From Lingula anatina (lineage: Eukaryota > Animalia > Brachiopoda), in the NCBI GenBank assembly GCA_051362555.1, contig CM120643.1:11692644-11756643 (forward strand): DNA of 64,000 nucleotides, written 5' to 3'. The translations under genes were made by a program, and so were the position numbers. Every line of letters starts with the position of its first letter. The first letter of the stretch is position 1. The notes under the pieces were generated by a model, which searched no databases, was not told the DNA's origin, and was given only the letters and a program-made list of their open reading frames with translations. Shown here piece by piece: positions 39,601-53,787 of this stretch.

Positions 39601-42600
39601 CCTCTGATCAATTGATTTGCGCATACTCTGAGCTTGTCTTTTGATGCCTTTGATAGTTTCTGTTCTGATATGAGAGTCCTCTGTTTCATTGGCTTTTTCC
39701 ATAGCAATTGCCTCTTCAAACATGTTTGTCATTTTCATAGTTTTTACGAGAGCGGCCAGGATTTTTTCTCTATTGCTTTTTGCAATTTTTGTAACTGGCA
39801 TAATACCATGTCTGTAGTGATCAGTTGATGCACATTCACTGCATACAACAGTATCATCATCTTCACAGTAGTATTTTAATTCACTATTAGGATGTTTCTC
39901 ACAACTGATGGTCATCTGTGCAATGGCCTGTGCCACTTCTGCTACATTGACCAGTTCCTCTTCTAATGTCTGTGTATCTCGTTGCTGGGTTATGATGTCC
40001 TTGGCTTTGCTAAAGACAAAATTCTTTTTCAGTTGAGCAAGTCCACCAGCTGGGAACTGGATCTCTTCTCTACAAATAGGACAAAGAAATGTCCTATTTG
40101 GAGTCCGCGTTCGCCTAGCATGGTCACATATACAACCATGGCAAAATGTATGGAAGCAAGGCAGCACACGGGGATCCTCAAATTCTCCTAGACAGATGCT
40201 ACATGTCAAGAGATTATCTGTAAAAGCTGCTACTAGTGCTTCTGCCATGTCTGACTGTCTCTTTGCTAATTTACAAAGGGTGATTGCTTGTTTTGTTGCC
40301 TTTGGAGTTGAATCACCTAGTCTGAAAATTGTCAAAAATACTCATTTTCTCTCCACTTCAAATGCTGCAGCTATGGTTAGCAGAGATCACAATTATGTTG
40401 CCACCTACTGTATGTACTCTTTATAAGGCTTACTGTCATATTTACCTCAACTTTTTTGCAATAACCCCAGAAAAATGCGTCCTGTTTTTTCCTTTACCCT
40501 TTAGAACTGCTCAAAATGGGGTGTCTGTTCATAACCTGACGCTGAACTAAACATAACATCTTTGAGGACAAAAGGAACACCCTTTGTGTGTTGGCTGGTG
40601 ATGTAGTCTTATTGTGTTTACTCTTAAGCTCAGATTATTGAAATAGAGCTATGAATGCAGGTATTTGTCTCCTTTATTGATAAGGCAGAAAAAACATGGC
40701 ATCTGATTATTTCTTGAAGCTGTCCTCACAGTAGCAGCTAGCACACAATAAAAAAAATAGTCTGAAGACACAATTGTGTTATCTTTGCTTTGAGCTAGGT
40801 TGCACAAATAGAACTTTGCTGGTATTTCTATTTTGCTGTCTGGCAAAGTACATAAGGGAAAACACTCAAAGTGTTGCACAAATAGAACTTTGTTTGCTTA
40901 TATTTCTATTTTGCTGTCTGGCAAAGTACATGAGGGAAAACACTCAATGTTGCACAAATAGAACTTTGTTTGCTCATATTTCTATTTTGCTGTCTGGCAA
41001 AGTACATGAGGGAAAACACTCAAAGTGACACTCAAGGTGACATGGGCATCCAACATTGACGGAAATTTTTCTTCTTATGTTTTTGGCGTCTTTCTATCAT
41101 AGGTAGTTTACTTAGTAATGGATTTGAATCTAAAAGATATTAAATCTGGAATAAAATCCGGTTTCCTTATATGACAAAAAAGCATTTAAACATGTTAGGT
41201 ATGTGACCATAAACAAATTCCTGTTGAAATTATCAGAGTACTTGTTATACTTTCTGATCATATTTTCACAGATAAATAGTATGAATCAATATTGTATAAA
41301 AAAAATCACCCTCCCTCCTGACATACAACACAGCCCCTCAACCTTCTGGGAGCTATCTTGACACAGTTTGATATGGACAGTAAACCAGAAGTCAGTGTGT
41401 TTTTTCAAATATTTGGGTACAAAAGTTGGCAATAAAATTGACTTCATAATAGTACAATGTATTTTTGTTTGATATGATAAATATAATATCTATTAGCCTT
41501 ATGGGCTCTGTCATTTGCATTTGGCAAACATTATTGGTTTGGCAAGTGATATTAGAGAGCTTTCGCACCTGCATGTTTAGGCGACCGACTGCATTTAGCT
41601 ATCCGTAACCATAAAATGACCAATGTTTTTTTTCCTGATTTCGCAGAAAGACCCGGTTAGCCTTTACGGATAGTCGAATTGTACAGTAGGCTGATACATG
41701 TTTCACATGCTGTAAAGCCTCGGTCACAACCGGACGCACGAATTTCAGGATTGTAGGTCCCCTGCAATTTTTGGGTGTTGCGGAGGTCGTAGAGGTAGAG
41801 GAAAGTCTGCCTTGCAAGTCGCAAGGTCCCATGAGATGTCCTTTCAGGCAGGGACGCTAATTGCAAGGAGCGATGGTCGTGGGAATTGTACTCCTTTTTT
41901 GAGTTTGTCTTGCTTGCTGTGTACGTGGCACACACTCACCACTTACGAAGGGAATGCAACGCGCGGCAAAAGTAGTACCCTTTTGCGTCAGTTTTGCTTC
42001 AAACTTGCCTCACCTGTTTGTGGTGACGTACTGACGGCGTACATCAGTTTTGCTTCCTGTTCTCCTCTTCTTTCTTCTTCCTCCTCCCTTTTTTCTACTA
42101 TGTAATTTTCTTTCTCTTGCCTTTTGGAGGCATTAGAAACAAAATTGAGCAAGAATTTGAAAATTTTGAAAATTGCTGTATACGTTACATAGTCGATGTT
42201 CATGTAAAGACACAAGCGTTCGTCATGAGCACGCCTTTTATACACCAGGCGTGGGGGTGACGCACGTGCGACGCATTCCTGGTGTGCTCTCGACTTTGTT
42301 CGTAAGTTGTGAGGGCGTGCGCCTTACTCAACACGCAAAGGGTACTTGCTCCTTTATGCTTGCAACGTGCGTCATGCACAACGCGCGTCTCTCTTGCTAA
42401 CTCTGTGCGAGGGGAGCAAGTTATGCTTGCGGCCTCGCTGTTCGCAGCCTATTCGTAGAAACTTTTGGACATGTCCAACATGCTCTGTCTGCGAACTCAA
42501 AATTGCGTAAGAAGGCCTTTAGTGGGAAATGAGATTCTGCGCAAATTTTGGACGCAAACAGCCCGTAAGAGCCTGTACGGCTGGTTGTGACTGAGGCTTA

Positions 42601-44744
42601 TGCAGAGATGTTAAATTAGGTCATACGCCATTGGACAGGTAATTTTTGAATGGCCTTCCAAACGCAATTTATGGAGATCCGGCTTACCCCGTTAAAAGTT
42701 ATCTGTTGAGTCCCTTCAGAGGAGCAAATTTAAGTACCGAAGAAGAAGAATTCAACAGAAGAATGTCCTCTGTGCGGGAATGCGTCGAGTGGGAGTTCGG
42801 AAACTTATTGTGAAACTTTGCCTTTCTGGACTTTCGAAAGTATTAAAAAGTTCTGTTGTCTCCTGTAGCCAAGCAGTACTTGGTAGGTGGTCTTCTGATC
42901 AACTGCCATACCTGTGTGTATGGCAATCAGATGAGTCGGAACTTTTAACTAGATCCTCCCACCTTGGAGGACTATTTAGCATGAACTGTACACGTGTACA
43001 TTGTGCATATGGAAAATTAAAGAGTAAAATGTAAAATTCATACCGCAAGCAAACATTTATTTAAATGAAATCTTGAATAAAAAACTAATGTTTAACAAAG
43101 ATTCAGCCCATGTGTATCTTGTAGGCAGCAAGAGCCTAGTATGTCAATTCAGCTTTTCTTCTTAACCAAAGACGTAACCATCTCCATCATTTGTTTGTCT
43201 TTCTCAAATTGAGCTTTTCGCTCTTTCATTTCTAATTCAAAACGTTCTTTCTTGAAGGCCAACTTGTCTTTCAGGTAACTGACATAATCTGCTGGTGAAT
43301 CAGTACGGCGCTTCTTAGTTGGCTGCATGTTTTCCCAATTTTTAGCTGAAAAAAAATAAGCGGGTCACCAATCAATGCAGCGTCAGTTTTTGTTACTGAT
43401 ATAATAAATATTAATCAATATTTGCTATTAGAGACAATTTCATGTAAAGAAAGATGTGCTATCCTTCCTTTTATTTATTATTAATTTATTCAAATACACA
43501 AAACAGGACGCCATGTGACTTTCTAAACAAGGCTTCATAAAATTTGCATTTAAAGTCAAGAAGACGCCCTGTCAACTAAAGGAGAAAATCGAGCTACTAG
43601 TAGTATCTTACTAAACGGCACTTAACCTTACGAATATCCTGCTTGTTATGCGTCAAGTGCAGACGGCTAGTCTACAGACCACTTATAAAGGCATGTGTAC
43701 TCGTAACAACTGCTCATAAAATGATGACCTAACAGTCTTATAATACAATCAGTCACGCGTGCGGAAGGCCACTTCTGACTGCCTTGTGGTCAGTGGAAAA
43801 TGCCTTTTTTACGGGTATAACCTATATTTCAATAGTAACAAAAACATAGACACAAATAACAGAGACAACATGTTTGACATATATTGCAAAAATAAAATGT
43901 CCAATATGATTTTAGCAGAGAAACGATCAATTTTGAAAGGCTTGATTTCATAAAATTATGCTGATTTGTAAAACCGTTTTTCATTGACGGGTAGCAATCT
44001 AGCTGCGGATAATGTTCTCTCTAACAGTATGTGTACACATCACTAAACAGCAATATATTTTTGCCTTAAACGTAGTCGTTCGCCTAAACGTACAGGTGCG
44101 AAAGGTCTCTAATAGAAGTACTGAGATAGTTTGGTCTGCCTTAACATCAGAAACATAAAAAAAACAAACATTCACTGTTTGAGACGATCACTGCTCACCA
44201 GTGCTTTGGTGATTGTGTTGTCCCAAATGTTGTCCCATATGACATCACACTGAAGAAGATCACAGATGTGATCGAAAGCTCTGTCAGGTAGCTCTATATT
44301 TTAGTGAAGAAATTGAAAAGTTCAATACTTGAATCATATCCTACGACTACACAGATGAATTTCCATCAGCATATATTTTTATGTTCAGACACAGATGTGT
44401 CTGTACCTACAGCCGTCACCTGGGTCTGTTGTCGCCTTGGCCGTGCACTTTCAGCGATAACACGATAAGTGAGAAAATGTTTAACCGTTTGTCTTCAAAC
44501 TTACGGAACTGATTAATACAGATCAAGTTCAAAAATCGGCATGATTTGGCCATTTTTTCAAAAGTTATGCTATTTTTAGCTTTTTTCAGCATATATGTAA
44601 CACTGATAACACATTTCAAGGAAAATCAATAGGCCTGTTGTCTTGAAACTCACAGGAGTGATCAACCTTACCAAAATACAGGTCAAGTTCCAAAGTCAAC
44701 TTGATTGCACAATTTTTACAATTATTATTATTTATTTATTTATA

Positions 44745-44820
<76 letters not shown>

Positions 44821-47800
44821 TTTATTTTATTTATTTATTTTTTTTTTTTGCTTTTTTCAGCAATATGTTATCCTCCATTATGCAGATAAGATGAAAACCA
44901 TGTCATATTTTGCTTTAAAACTTGTAGGACTGATTCATAAGACTAATATGCCTGCAGTTGCCTGCAGCGCATAATTAAAGATTGGTGGTGATTGTGAAAT
45001 ATTGCATCAAAATTGAAGAAAACCCTACTTTGGGCACTGCTGCAATGGTGACCATTCAAAAAAAACCATGTCATTTACTCTTCTCAAACTTACAGAAAAG
45101 AAACATAGGACTAAAATGCAACTTAAATTGGTAAACCAGTCTGATTGGTTAATTTTTCAGGTATTTATACAGTTTTTCGTGCAAATTTAATTTTTCACAT
45201 ATTGGCATTTTCAAGGTGGGACTTTGAACCTTAATGGGCATGAAGACCTTTGCTAGTCACATTTTCTGAATATCCATGATGCTTATTTTTAATTTATTAA
45301 AAAAATGATGGTCATTATGCTGTTAATCATTATATAGTATTGCATTCAAATTGAAGAAAACCATATTTGGAAACTGCTGCCATGATGACCATGAAGGGAA
45401 AACCATGTTACTTCTGATTCTCAAACATATAGTAATCTGTAAAGAAACATAGGGCTAAATGCAGCCTGAGCTGGTAAAAGCTGTTTAATTGGCTTCTTTT
45501 TCTGGAGGTTATACATTTTTGTGAAATTTCCATTTTCACATATTGGCATTTTCAATATGGCACTGAGAACTCCCACGGGCATGAAGCCGAATGGTAGTCA
45601 AATTTTCTGAATGTCCATGTTATTTATAGTAGATTATTAAAATTAGTGGTAATTATACCGTTAATCATTATGTAATATTGCAGCAAATTTCACAAATTGA
45701 CATTCAGCTCAAATTGGGAAACCAGCTCTGTAGGATTATCATTTTTATTGAATTTATACAAGTTTTTGTGAAATTTTCATTTTCTTCATTTTGGCATTTT
45801 CAGAGTGTGAACTTGAACTCTCATGGTCCTGAAGCCGTATGCTTTTTACACATTTTACTTATATTCAATTTGGTATTTCCTGTTATGCATAATGAAATTT
45901 TGATGTTGACTTTGCAGTTAAGCATAATGAATTTTTGCAGCAGAATTGACAGTAGCCTATTTTCTGCTTTTTGTCTGTGCATTTGGCAGCTGTGCTGCCT
46001 TATTTTATTAAACTCCTGACAGTTACCTCATTTCTTTTCCTGCAGACAGCTTTTTGTTTTGTTTAGAATTATCTAACTTGTCTTGAATTTTCTTAGGACC
46101 CAGTAGTGTCACCTAGTGGTGCCACAGTGGATGAGGGGAAATGTCTTCTGCTCATCAAGACAATGGAAGAACTCCTGCCATTTTTGTTTGCCTCTGTCCT
46201 TGAGTCAGGGCCGTACACGGAACAGCTGTCTGAACAAGATGCTACCGCAGAGGAATTGGTTGTGGAGTGTAAGTATCATGGTGTTGCAAAGAGAGGTGAT
46301 GAAATAGAAAATATTTTACTGAATATTTAATTTCACCAACTCTAATTAATGCTGATTACTTTACTTTTTGGCTTCATTTAGAATACAGAATATATTTAAT
46401 ATACAGCAGCTCTTTAAAAGAAGCTTTTCAGTTCTACCTCTCAGCTGCGTTAAAAATGTATATACCAGGAAGTTGAATTCACCATGGCTTCCATGTTTAT
46501 TTTGATAACTTATTTCACAGCATTTCACAGTATAAGATGGTCCATTTAGGAATTTCATCAGCCTTTTAAGTCAAAGTTATATTTTGTGCAATTTTTCTTC
46601 CACTTACTACAACAATATTTTTAAGGTTATCTCATACTAACCTTTATGAGATTGAGACCCTTTTACTGAAACATTTTAGAATTAAAAGAAAAACCAGTTG
46701 TTAGGTTGCAAAGAGTTATGATGATGTGATACTTCAACAAAACAATAATGGTAACTTTTGACCATTATTTATCAGAATATTTTTCTCATCTTTTAAATTC
46801 ATTTTTTGAAATTTTTCATGATTTAACTATCTCAGTCACAAGATTTCCCAAGCCTCACACTCGGTTGACAGACTTGGTTATAATAGTGGGTAACAGTAGC
46901 AGGCTGGCTTCTCTGCTTTCCCTCTATGAAGACTACATCTCCGCTGAGTGGTTTGAACCTTGGGAGGCATTTGCATGGGTGGCAGACGACTTGTGAGTTT
47001 CACGCATTACATGGCTTTGTTTGATATTTGTTGGACAGAGTTTGTAAAAATTGCTAGTTTTGGTGTGTGATTAAGTCATAAATTTTAAATGTTTTGTGAA
47101 TTTTTACTTGTTTCTGGCATGGTTAACCTGCCCCATGTGCACTATGAAATTGGTACCTTTTTTTCACTAAGAATTTAAAAATCCAGTATTTGGGAAATGA
47201 CCTTTAATCATTTTTTTTTTCAGAATTCCAAGGCTAGTGGCAGTCATGGGCAATATTGATGTATATCTCTCCAAACTGGTGCATTCCTTTTCTAAGTTTA
47301 TTCTAAATTTTTGTCAAATGTTTGGGAAGACATTTATCTCTATCAAAGTAAGTAGTATTTTAAAGTTTTGATTTTTTAATTCTTCATGAAATGAAATATT
47401 CTGCAGAAAAAGAGACAATCATTTGTATCTAGACTAGTACAGTTCAAAAAGAAGCACAATCATTTTAGAACAATGTTGTAATGGTAAAATGAGTACTAAA
47501 ATTTAGATAACTAATGGCAACATACCTCACAACATTTTACTGAGTGCTTGGCAATTGATTATACCATTGATAACATTTTCTAGCTCATTGGATATAAATT
47601 TGGGTATATTTTCCTGAAACAACTGTCCATATATTTCTCCACTTGTAGGTCAAACCCAGGTTAAAATCGCTGTTAGACATCCACGAGGAACATTTAGACA
47701 GTCTAGTCTCCACTGGGCACACAGTATTAACTAAGAGCACAGTGCCTGTCTACACTGCAGGGGTACTGTCAGCATTTAATAGAGTAAGTCCACAGTGTAA

Positions 47801-50800
47801 GGGCTCATTCCCATTGAAACGATCATTCTACGTAGATCAGTCCAACTCTGCGGGGATTCTTGCTGAATGCAATTATATTAAAAGATTAACATGCCTCCTG
47901 GTGTTGATTAGAATACAGAAAAACTGGTGATTATATGAATATGTTATAAATAAGAGGAGTGTTAAACTGATTGCATTCAGTGAAAGTCCGTATGGAGTTG
48001 GGTCTATTTACGTAAATCGATAGTTTCGTTGGGAATGAACCCTTAGACAGGTTATTTTGTAAAAAAATAGGTTGGTCAATTCTGTTTGATGTTCTTTTTT
48101 TATATAATTGTAATGAGTTTTATTCATAGGAGTGGTCATTGGATGATTTTGCTTTTTATTTCCTCTGAATACTTGGGTAGGTCTAAAGACTGAATTGTTT
48201 AAAACAACACATCTTGAAAGCATTTGCATGAATTGCTCTATTTTTGATGAATTTGAATACAAACATGAAGCTCACAATTTTAAGTGCTAGGGAAATATTA
48301 TTTCATTTTAGTGTGTCACATGTAGCATATCATAGTCTTAGAGTCAGTTGTTAACTGTATTTCCCACCTGAAGCTAATTTAGCTATGGAATGTGATAGTG
48401 ATTGTGATTGTGATTATTTAGGAAGAAGACAAGAAAGAGTTGACAACATTCCTCCAAGATCTCTTATGTACACTGTCTCTGTGCCATGCTCCATTAGAGA
48501 GTCTCTATTGTACTTTTACAGAACTATGGTAAGTTATCTGAAATAGCAGCTGTCAAAGGCAACTATAATGGTTAACTTATGGTATGGAACTTATAGTATA
48601 ACTTATCAATTTTTGCCATTTTGAGTGCAAATGATTGCCTTTAGAACAGCAGTCACTACTTAACACAAACAACTGCTCATTTGGACAATTGCCTAACTTG
48701 AGGCTGAACAGATTGCATATTAACTTTGGTTTGCAGCTATGTTCTCTTGAAAATTATATTTTATCAAACAAATGATAGTATCAAAAGTGTAATATTGCCC
48801 GTTCATTTTTTCTTATCAGAGTTATGCGGGACTATTGATATATTGTGGCTGGGTTTTGAACATGAACATTTATCTGGAAGTTTTAAATATTTTAGGCAGA
48901 ATACTGGAAAGTATTTTCTTTTATTTATGAGATAGACAAATGGGTAAAAATATGGTACTGAATTAAGTGTTATAAAGTTTTAAAAGAAGAAATCCTTTTG
49001 TCCAGTCTCAACCCCTCAAACCATGAACTTCTGCTGGCAGTATTATGGGATGGAGTGGTGCATACGTCTGCTCAGGTTAGGAGTACCACAGGGAAGATAT
49101 TTGAGGTAGTATATTGGTTACATTAAATTCGCTATTTTTATTGTTGATCATTATGCCATAATTTTGTAACACACTAAGAAAACAAATATCATTTAATGTA
49201 GATGTGCAGTTTCCTTGATAACATTCAATGGTAAAATCTGTGGAAAAGGGCAAACAAATCAAGGTCTTGCCAGAGCAAACAGGTTTTTAATGTCCAGTAT
49301 TTTCTCTCAATGTGATATGTTGCAGGTGCTAGTGAAGGGGGTGAGTGAGAGCCTGATAGCCAGCAGAGTGGTGCCTGCCCTAGTCACATTGGCTAGTGAC
49401 CCAGAAATGTAAGTTTACTATTAACTTGTCACCTTGACCTCTCCACTCTGGTCACATTGGCTAGTGACCCAAAAATGTAAGTTTACTATTACCTTGTCAC
49501 CTTGACCTCTCCACTCTGGTCACACTGGCTAATGGCCCAAAATCATTAATTTACTGAACTTGTTACAGTACTATCTTTCTCCTTGCTGTGAACTGGACTA
49601 TTTTGTAAGTGGGAAGTCTTGGCTTTATTTATTTATTCATTTATTTATTTCGTAGCCCTTTTGTAATTTTTAGAACAATGAATAAATCTGCTATGTTCAG
49701 TAGTTATAAATACTTTTCGTACATTTATTGCGTCAAATATCAACAGTAAGGACATGTGCACCAGAAGGTTCATTCCTATAATTTATTTCTGAAAACAGCA
49801 AGATTGTAAAGCAATAAGCTATCACTTAACAGGAAAATTTCTTTGGACGGACTTTACAGTGGTCTGACTAGTTTAATGTTCAATGTTCAGTGCTATCATA
49901 CCTACTCGTCATGTATTTTATTTTGTATTATACTAGATCTGTGAGAATATCTACAGTGCCTGCCTTTGGGACGGTAGTGGAGAATGTCACCCAGAGAGAA
50001 GTGAGTAGAGATGACAACAAATAATTAGTGTCAAACACTAATTACATTTGAAAGTGAAGTGGGATGACAATCTGGTAAAGGCTAAATTTAGGGACAGTAC
50101 TTTAAATATAAGGACCTAACCTGACAAGTTGCCAACAAAAAAGTAGTAAAAGCTATGGCAGAGCATGTTAAAAGATTAAAAAGACAAAAACTTATTTTTT
50201 ATCAGCTAGGTAGCCTAAATTCCTAGTTATTTGAAAATCTGTATCTCAGACTGGTATTACGGTAACTTCAAAAAAAGTTTTCTTTAAAGATTTTTAAGAA
50301 TAACATGTAGCCTTCAAATCTTCAGATTGCTCAGCAGATATAGCCACAAACACCAATTTGAAAGTCATATCACATAACTGTTCCATTTAACCTCCTAGTG
50401 TAAATTCTGTTTGTAAGTTGGCATTTTCTTTTTAGATATATGAAGACTAAAAAGTCTTTCAGTGTAGCTTGAGAGAATTTTTTCCTCTATTTGATATCCA
50501 TCTTCTTTGACGGAAATTTGTCCTTGATTTATCACCTTTTGCTGTTGTTTTCTTAACGCCTGAATCTGGTATATTGCCATATGAAGGAGTATCCTTACCA
50601 TGAGAAGCAGTAGGATGTAATTGTGAAGCAGTTACATTGCTCTGTGAATCTGGCGTGCCAAAATGTGAATGAACTGTATTAGCATGTGAATCAGTCTTGT
50701 TGACATGTGAATCAGTCCGATTGACATGTGAATCAGTCCTGTTGTTCTGTGAATCCACATGATACAGTGTTTCATTCTGCTGTGAGTCACTCCCCTTGAT

Positions 50801-53756
50801 GTCCAGGTTGGAATGTTTATTCAGCACAGCCCACAGCAGATTAAAGTTGAGATCAGAAATGTTAGTGTCGTTGTAGGGAAGGTGGTCTTGGGGTTGGGAT
50901 ACCCAAAGCGGCATACCAAGTGTTCCTGTCGCTACCAGCAGAATTGATAGGAGAGTCAATATTCCAAACACCTGCAAAGAATGAGGAAAGAAATAGTTCA
51001 CCCAGGGCCTATTCCCAATGAAACTATAATTGTGCAACATAGATAGATCCAACTCCCTAGGATTCTAGCTAAATGCAATCAATTGAGTAGAATGCCAAAA
51101 ACCTGGCGATTTTACAAGTACGTTGGAAATGAGGAGGCGTGTTTATCAGATTGCATTAAGCGAGAGTCCCCATAGAGTTGGATCAATCTACCATAGTTTT
51201 ACTGGGAATGGGCCCTAAGACAGAATATTAAGACAGTGATTATCAAGTTGTTATATCTTCCAATGTCAGTCATGATGAGGGAGTCACAATTCCAATATCA
51301 TTTGATAGATAATGGCAAAAGGAAAATACATGAAAATCAGAGTTTTTGACATGTGCATTGCACAGTGTAGATGACTATGCTCCATATGTTAAATATGTCT
51401 GTCACATAAGAACTGTTTGGGAAAGAGAGTGTTAAAATTTTGGAGGAAACAGGGGCTATTGAGTGCTTCATAAAGTAATGCACTGTTTGTACTTGTTGTT
51501 TTATAGACAAACTTATAGGAACTTTGTAAGGGAAAACATAACAGGATTAAGTTGCACTGAACATATTCAATAAAACATATTTGAAACCTTGTTACAAATA
51601 ATAAGTTCTTTAGAAAGTTGAGCGATAATTGAATATATTTGCAACCCTTTTACAACTGATAGGTATTAAAGGGGAAAATTAATCTGTAATTAAATATTCC
51701 TCAATACAGATATTAATCAGCTTGAGCCAGCTATAAACAGTATCATTTGCAAATCAATACCCTTAACATGTGGTTACGAGATATTATTGGGAAATCTTGG
51801 CCTGTTATTGATTAATGGTTTTTGTCAGGTGAAACAAGGGGCAGGTGAGCAATTAAACCTGGGCTTCGTCGAATGCCTGCACATTAGGACTGGAACATCT
51901 TTTAAAATTATGATGAACACTTTGTTATATCCTTTTAAAATGTCTGATTATATTTTATTAATCTATTTTATGATATTATGTCTGACACCATTAAGACCCT
52001 ATTTTATTGTATTTACATATTATATATGTTGTATTTATTGCAAAGAAAGAACAATGAACCTATATTCTGAGCAACACTTTAACAGAAGTTGCCAAACTGT
52101 AGAAAACCAACAGTTATCGCTTCATTGATAGAATAATACATTTAATTATGGTGATAAAACTCAAAATTATTTACAGTATGGTCATTATGATGACATGATT
52201 AAAAGCCCTTGCAAGTGACCTTCAAAACTTCTGAAATGTGCCTCAATGCATGTAGCTTTTCAAATTGAAAATGAAAGCAAGATAAAATCAAATATCAAAT
52301 CATTTTAGAACTTGAGCTGAAATTCAGGTTTGATTTTAGTATTTGGACATAGATATCCTACATCTTTGGTCAGTGTTGGGTAAGAGGAAAAGGCAAGTCC
52401 CTCACACACCCCTGCAGGTTAATATCCCCTTATGTGCCCAAATGTACTGGAGGGTCAGCTAGGTCATTGTCAGTGGATGACCAGTGGTAATTACTGGATT
52501 TTTTCAATGGGGGGAAATTATGAATTTTACCAATACTGTATTTTTTAGGTCATAATTTCTTAGAATTAGAACATCCCTATTGAGTGGCAGCAACAAAATT
52601 AAAAAGCAGACTATTCTTTAGTTTTATTATGTGCAGTAAAAGCTGCACAAATGCAATATAGAAATATAATTTTGTGATTATAAAATTACGTATCTGAAAG
52701 CTTAATATTTTTTGCCCATTGAAAACATCGAGATATTATCGTAATTTAAGTATCTGTGTTTGTTGGACTGGCATGGCAACTTTCAGCTGAAAGAATGTAA
52801 GGTTCTGATCTGACAGAACTTGAGGGGGGAATAGGCTCAATTTGCAAAATGTCAGAAGAAGATTAATCCATGAAATTGTATTAAATCATATACCTCGGTT
52901 TGGCACTGCCAAATGTAAAATCACCAGTCTGAGAGTGACTCTCTTTTGACAACATATGACAATCATTATGTGTACTAGCATAAATATTTTACATGTTTTT
53001 TATGTACAGACACAGATGTGTCTGTACATATAGCCATCACCTGCGTCTGTCGTCGTCGCCGTGCACTTTGACCACCGATAACACGATAAGTGAAAAACCG
53101 TTTTACCTTTTGGCTTGAAACTTACAGAACTGATGAACTTTCATAATACGCAGGTCAAGTTCGAAAATCAGCATGATCGGGCCATCTATATGGAAGTTAT
53201 GCTGTTTTTTCACTTTTTTTCAGCATATTTGCAACACCGATAACACGATAAGTGAAAAACCGTTTTACCTTTTGGCTTGAAACTTATGGAACTAATGAAT
53301 ATTCATAATACGCAGGTCAAGTTCGAAAATCAGCATGATCGGGCCATTTTCTTGGGAGTTATGCTGTTTTTTCACTTTTTTCATCATTTTTATAACACCA
53401 ATAACACGATTAGTGAAAAACCGTTTTACCTTTTAGCTTGAAACTTACAGAACTAATGAAAATTCATAATACGCAGGTCAAGTTCGAAAATCAGCATGAT
53501 TGGGCCATTTTTATGGAAGTTATGCTATTTTTTCATTTTTTTAAAGCATATATGCAACACTGATAACACGATAAGTGAAAACCGTTTTACCTTTTGGCTT
53601 GAAACTTACAGAACTGATGAATATTCATAATATACAGGTCAAGTTTGAAAATCAGCGTGATCGGACCAATTTTATGGAAGTTATGCTGTTTTTATGTACA
53701 GACACAGATGTGTCTGTACATATAGCCATCATCTGCGTCTGTCGTCGCCGTCGCCG

Positions 53757-53787
<31 letters not shown>

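Noticed and set aside
40249-40335. N-terminal 29 aa of the 646-aa TRIM ORF
   Set aside because: Starts at a non-ATG codon and crosses a splice acceptor; Met at 40248 is preferred, although an upstream coding exon cannot be excluded.
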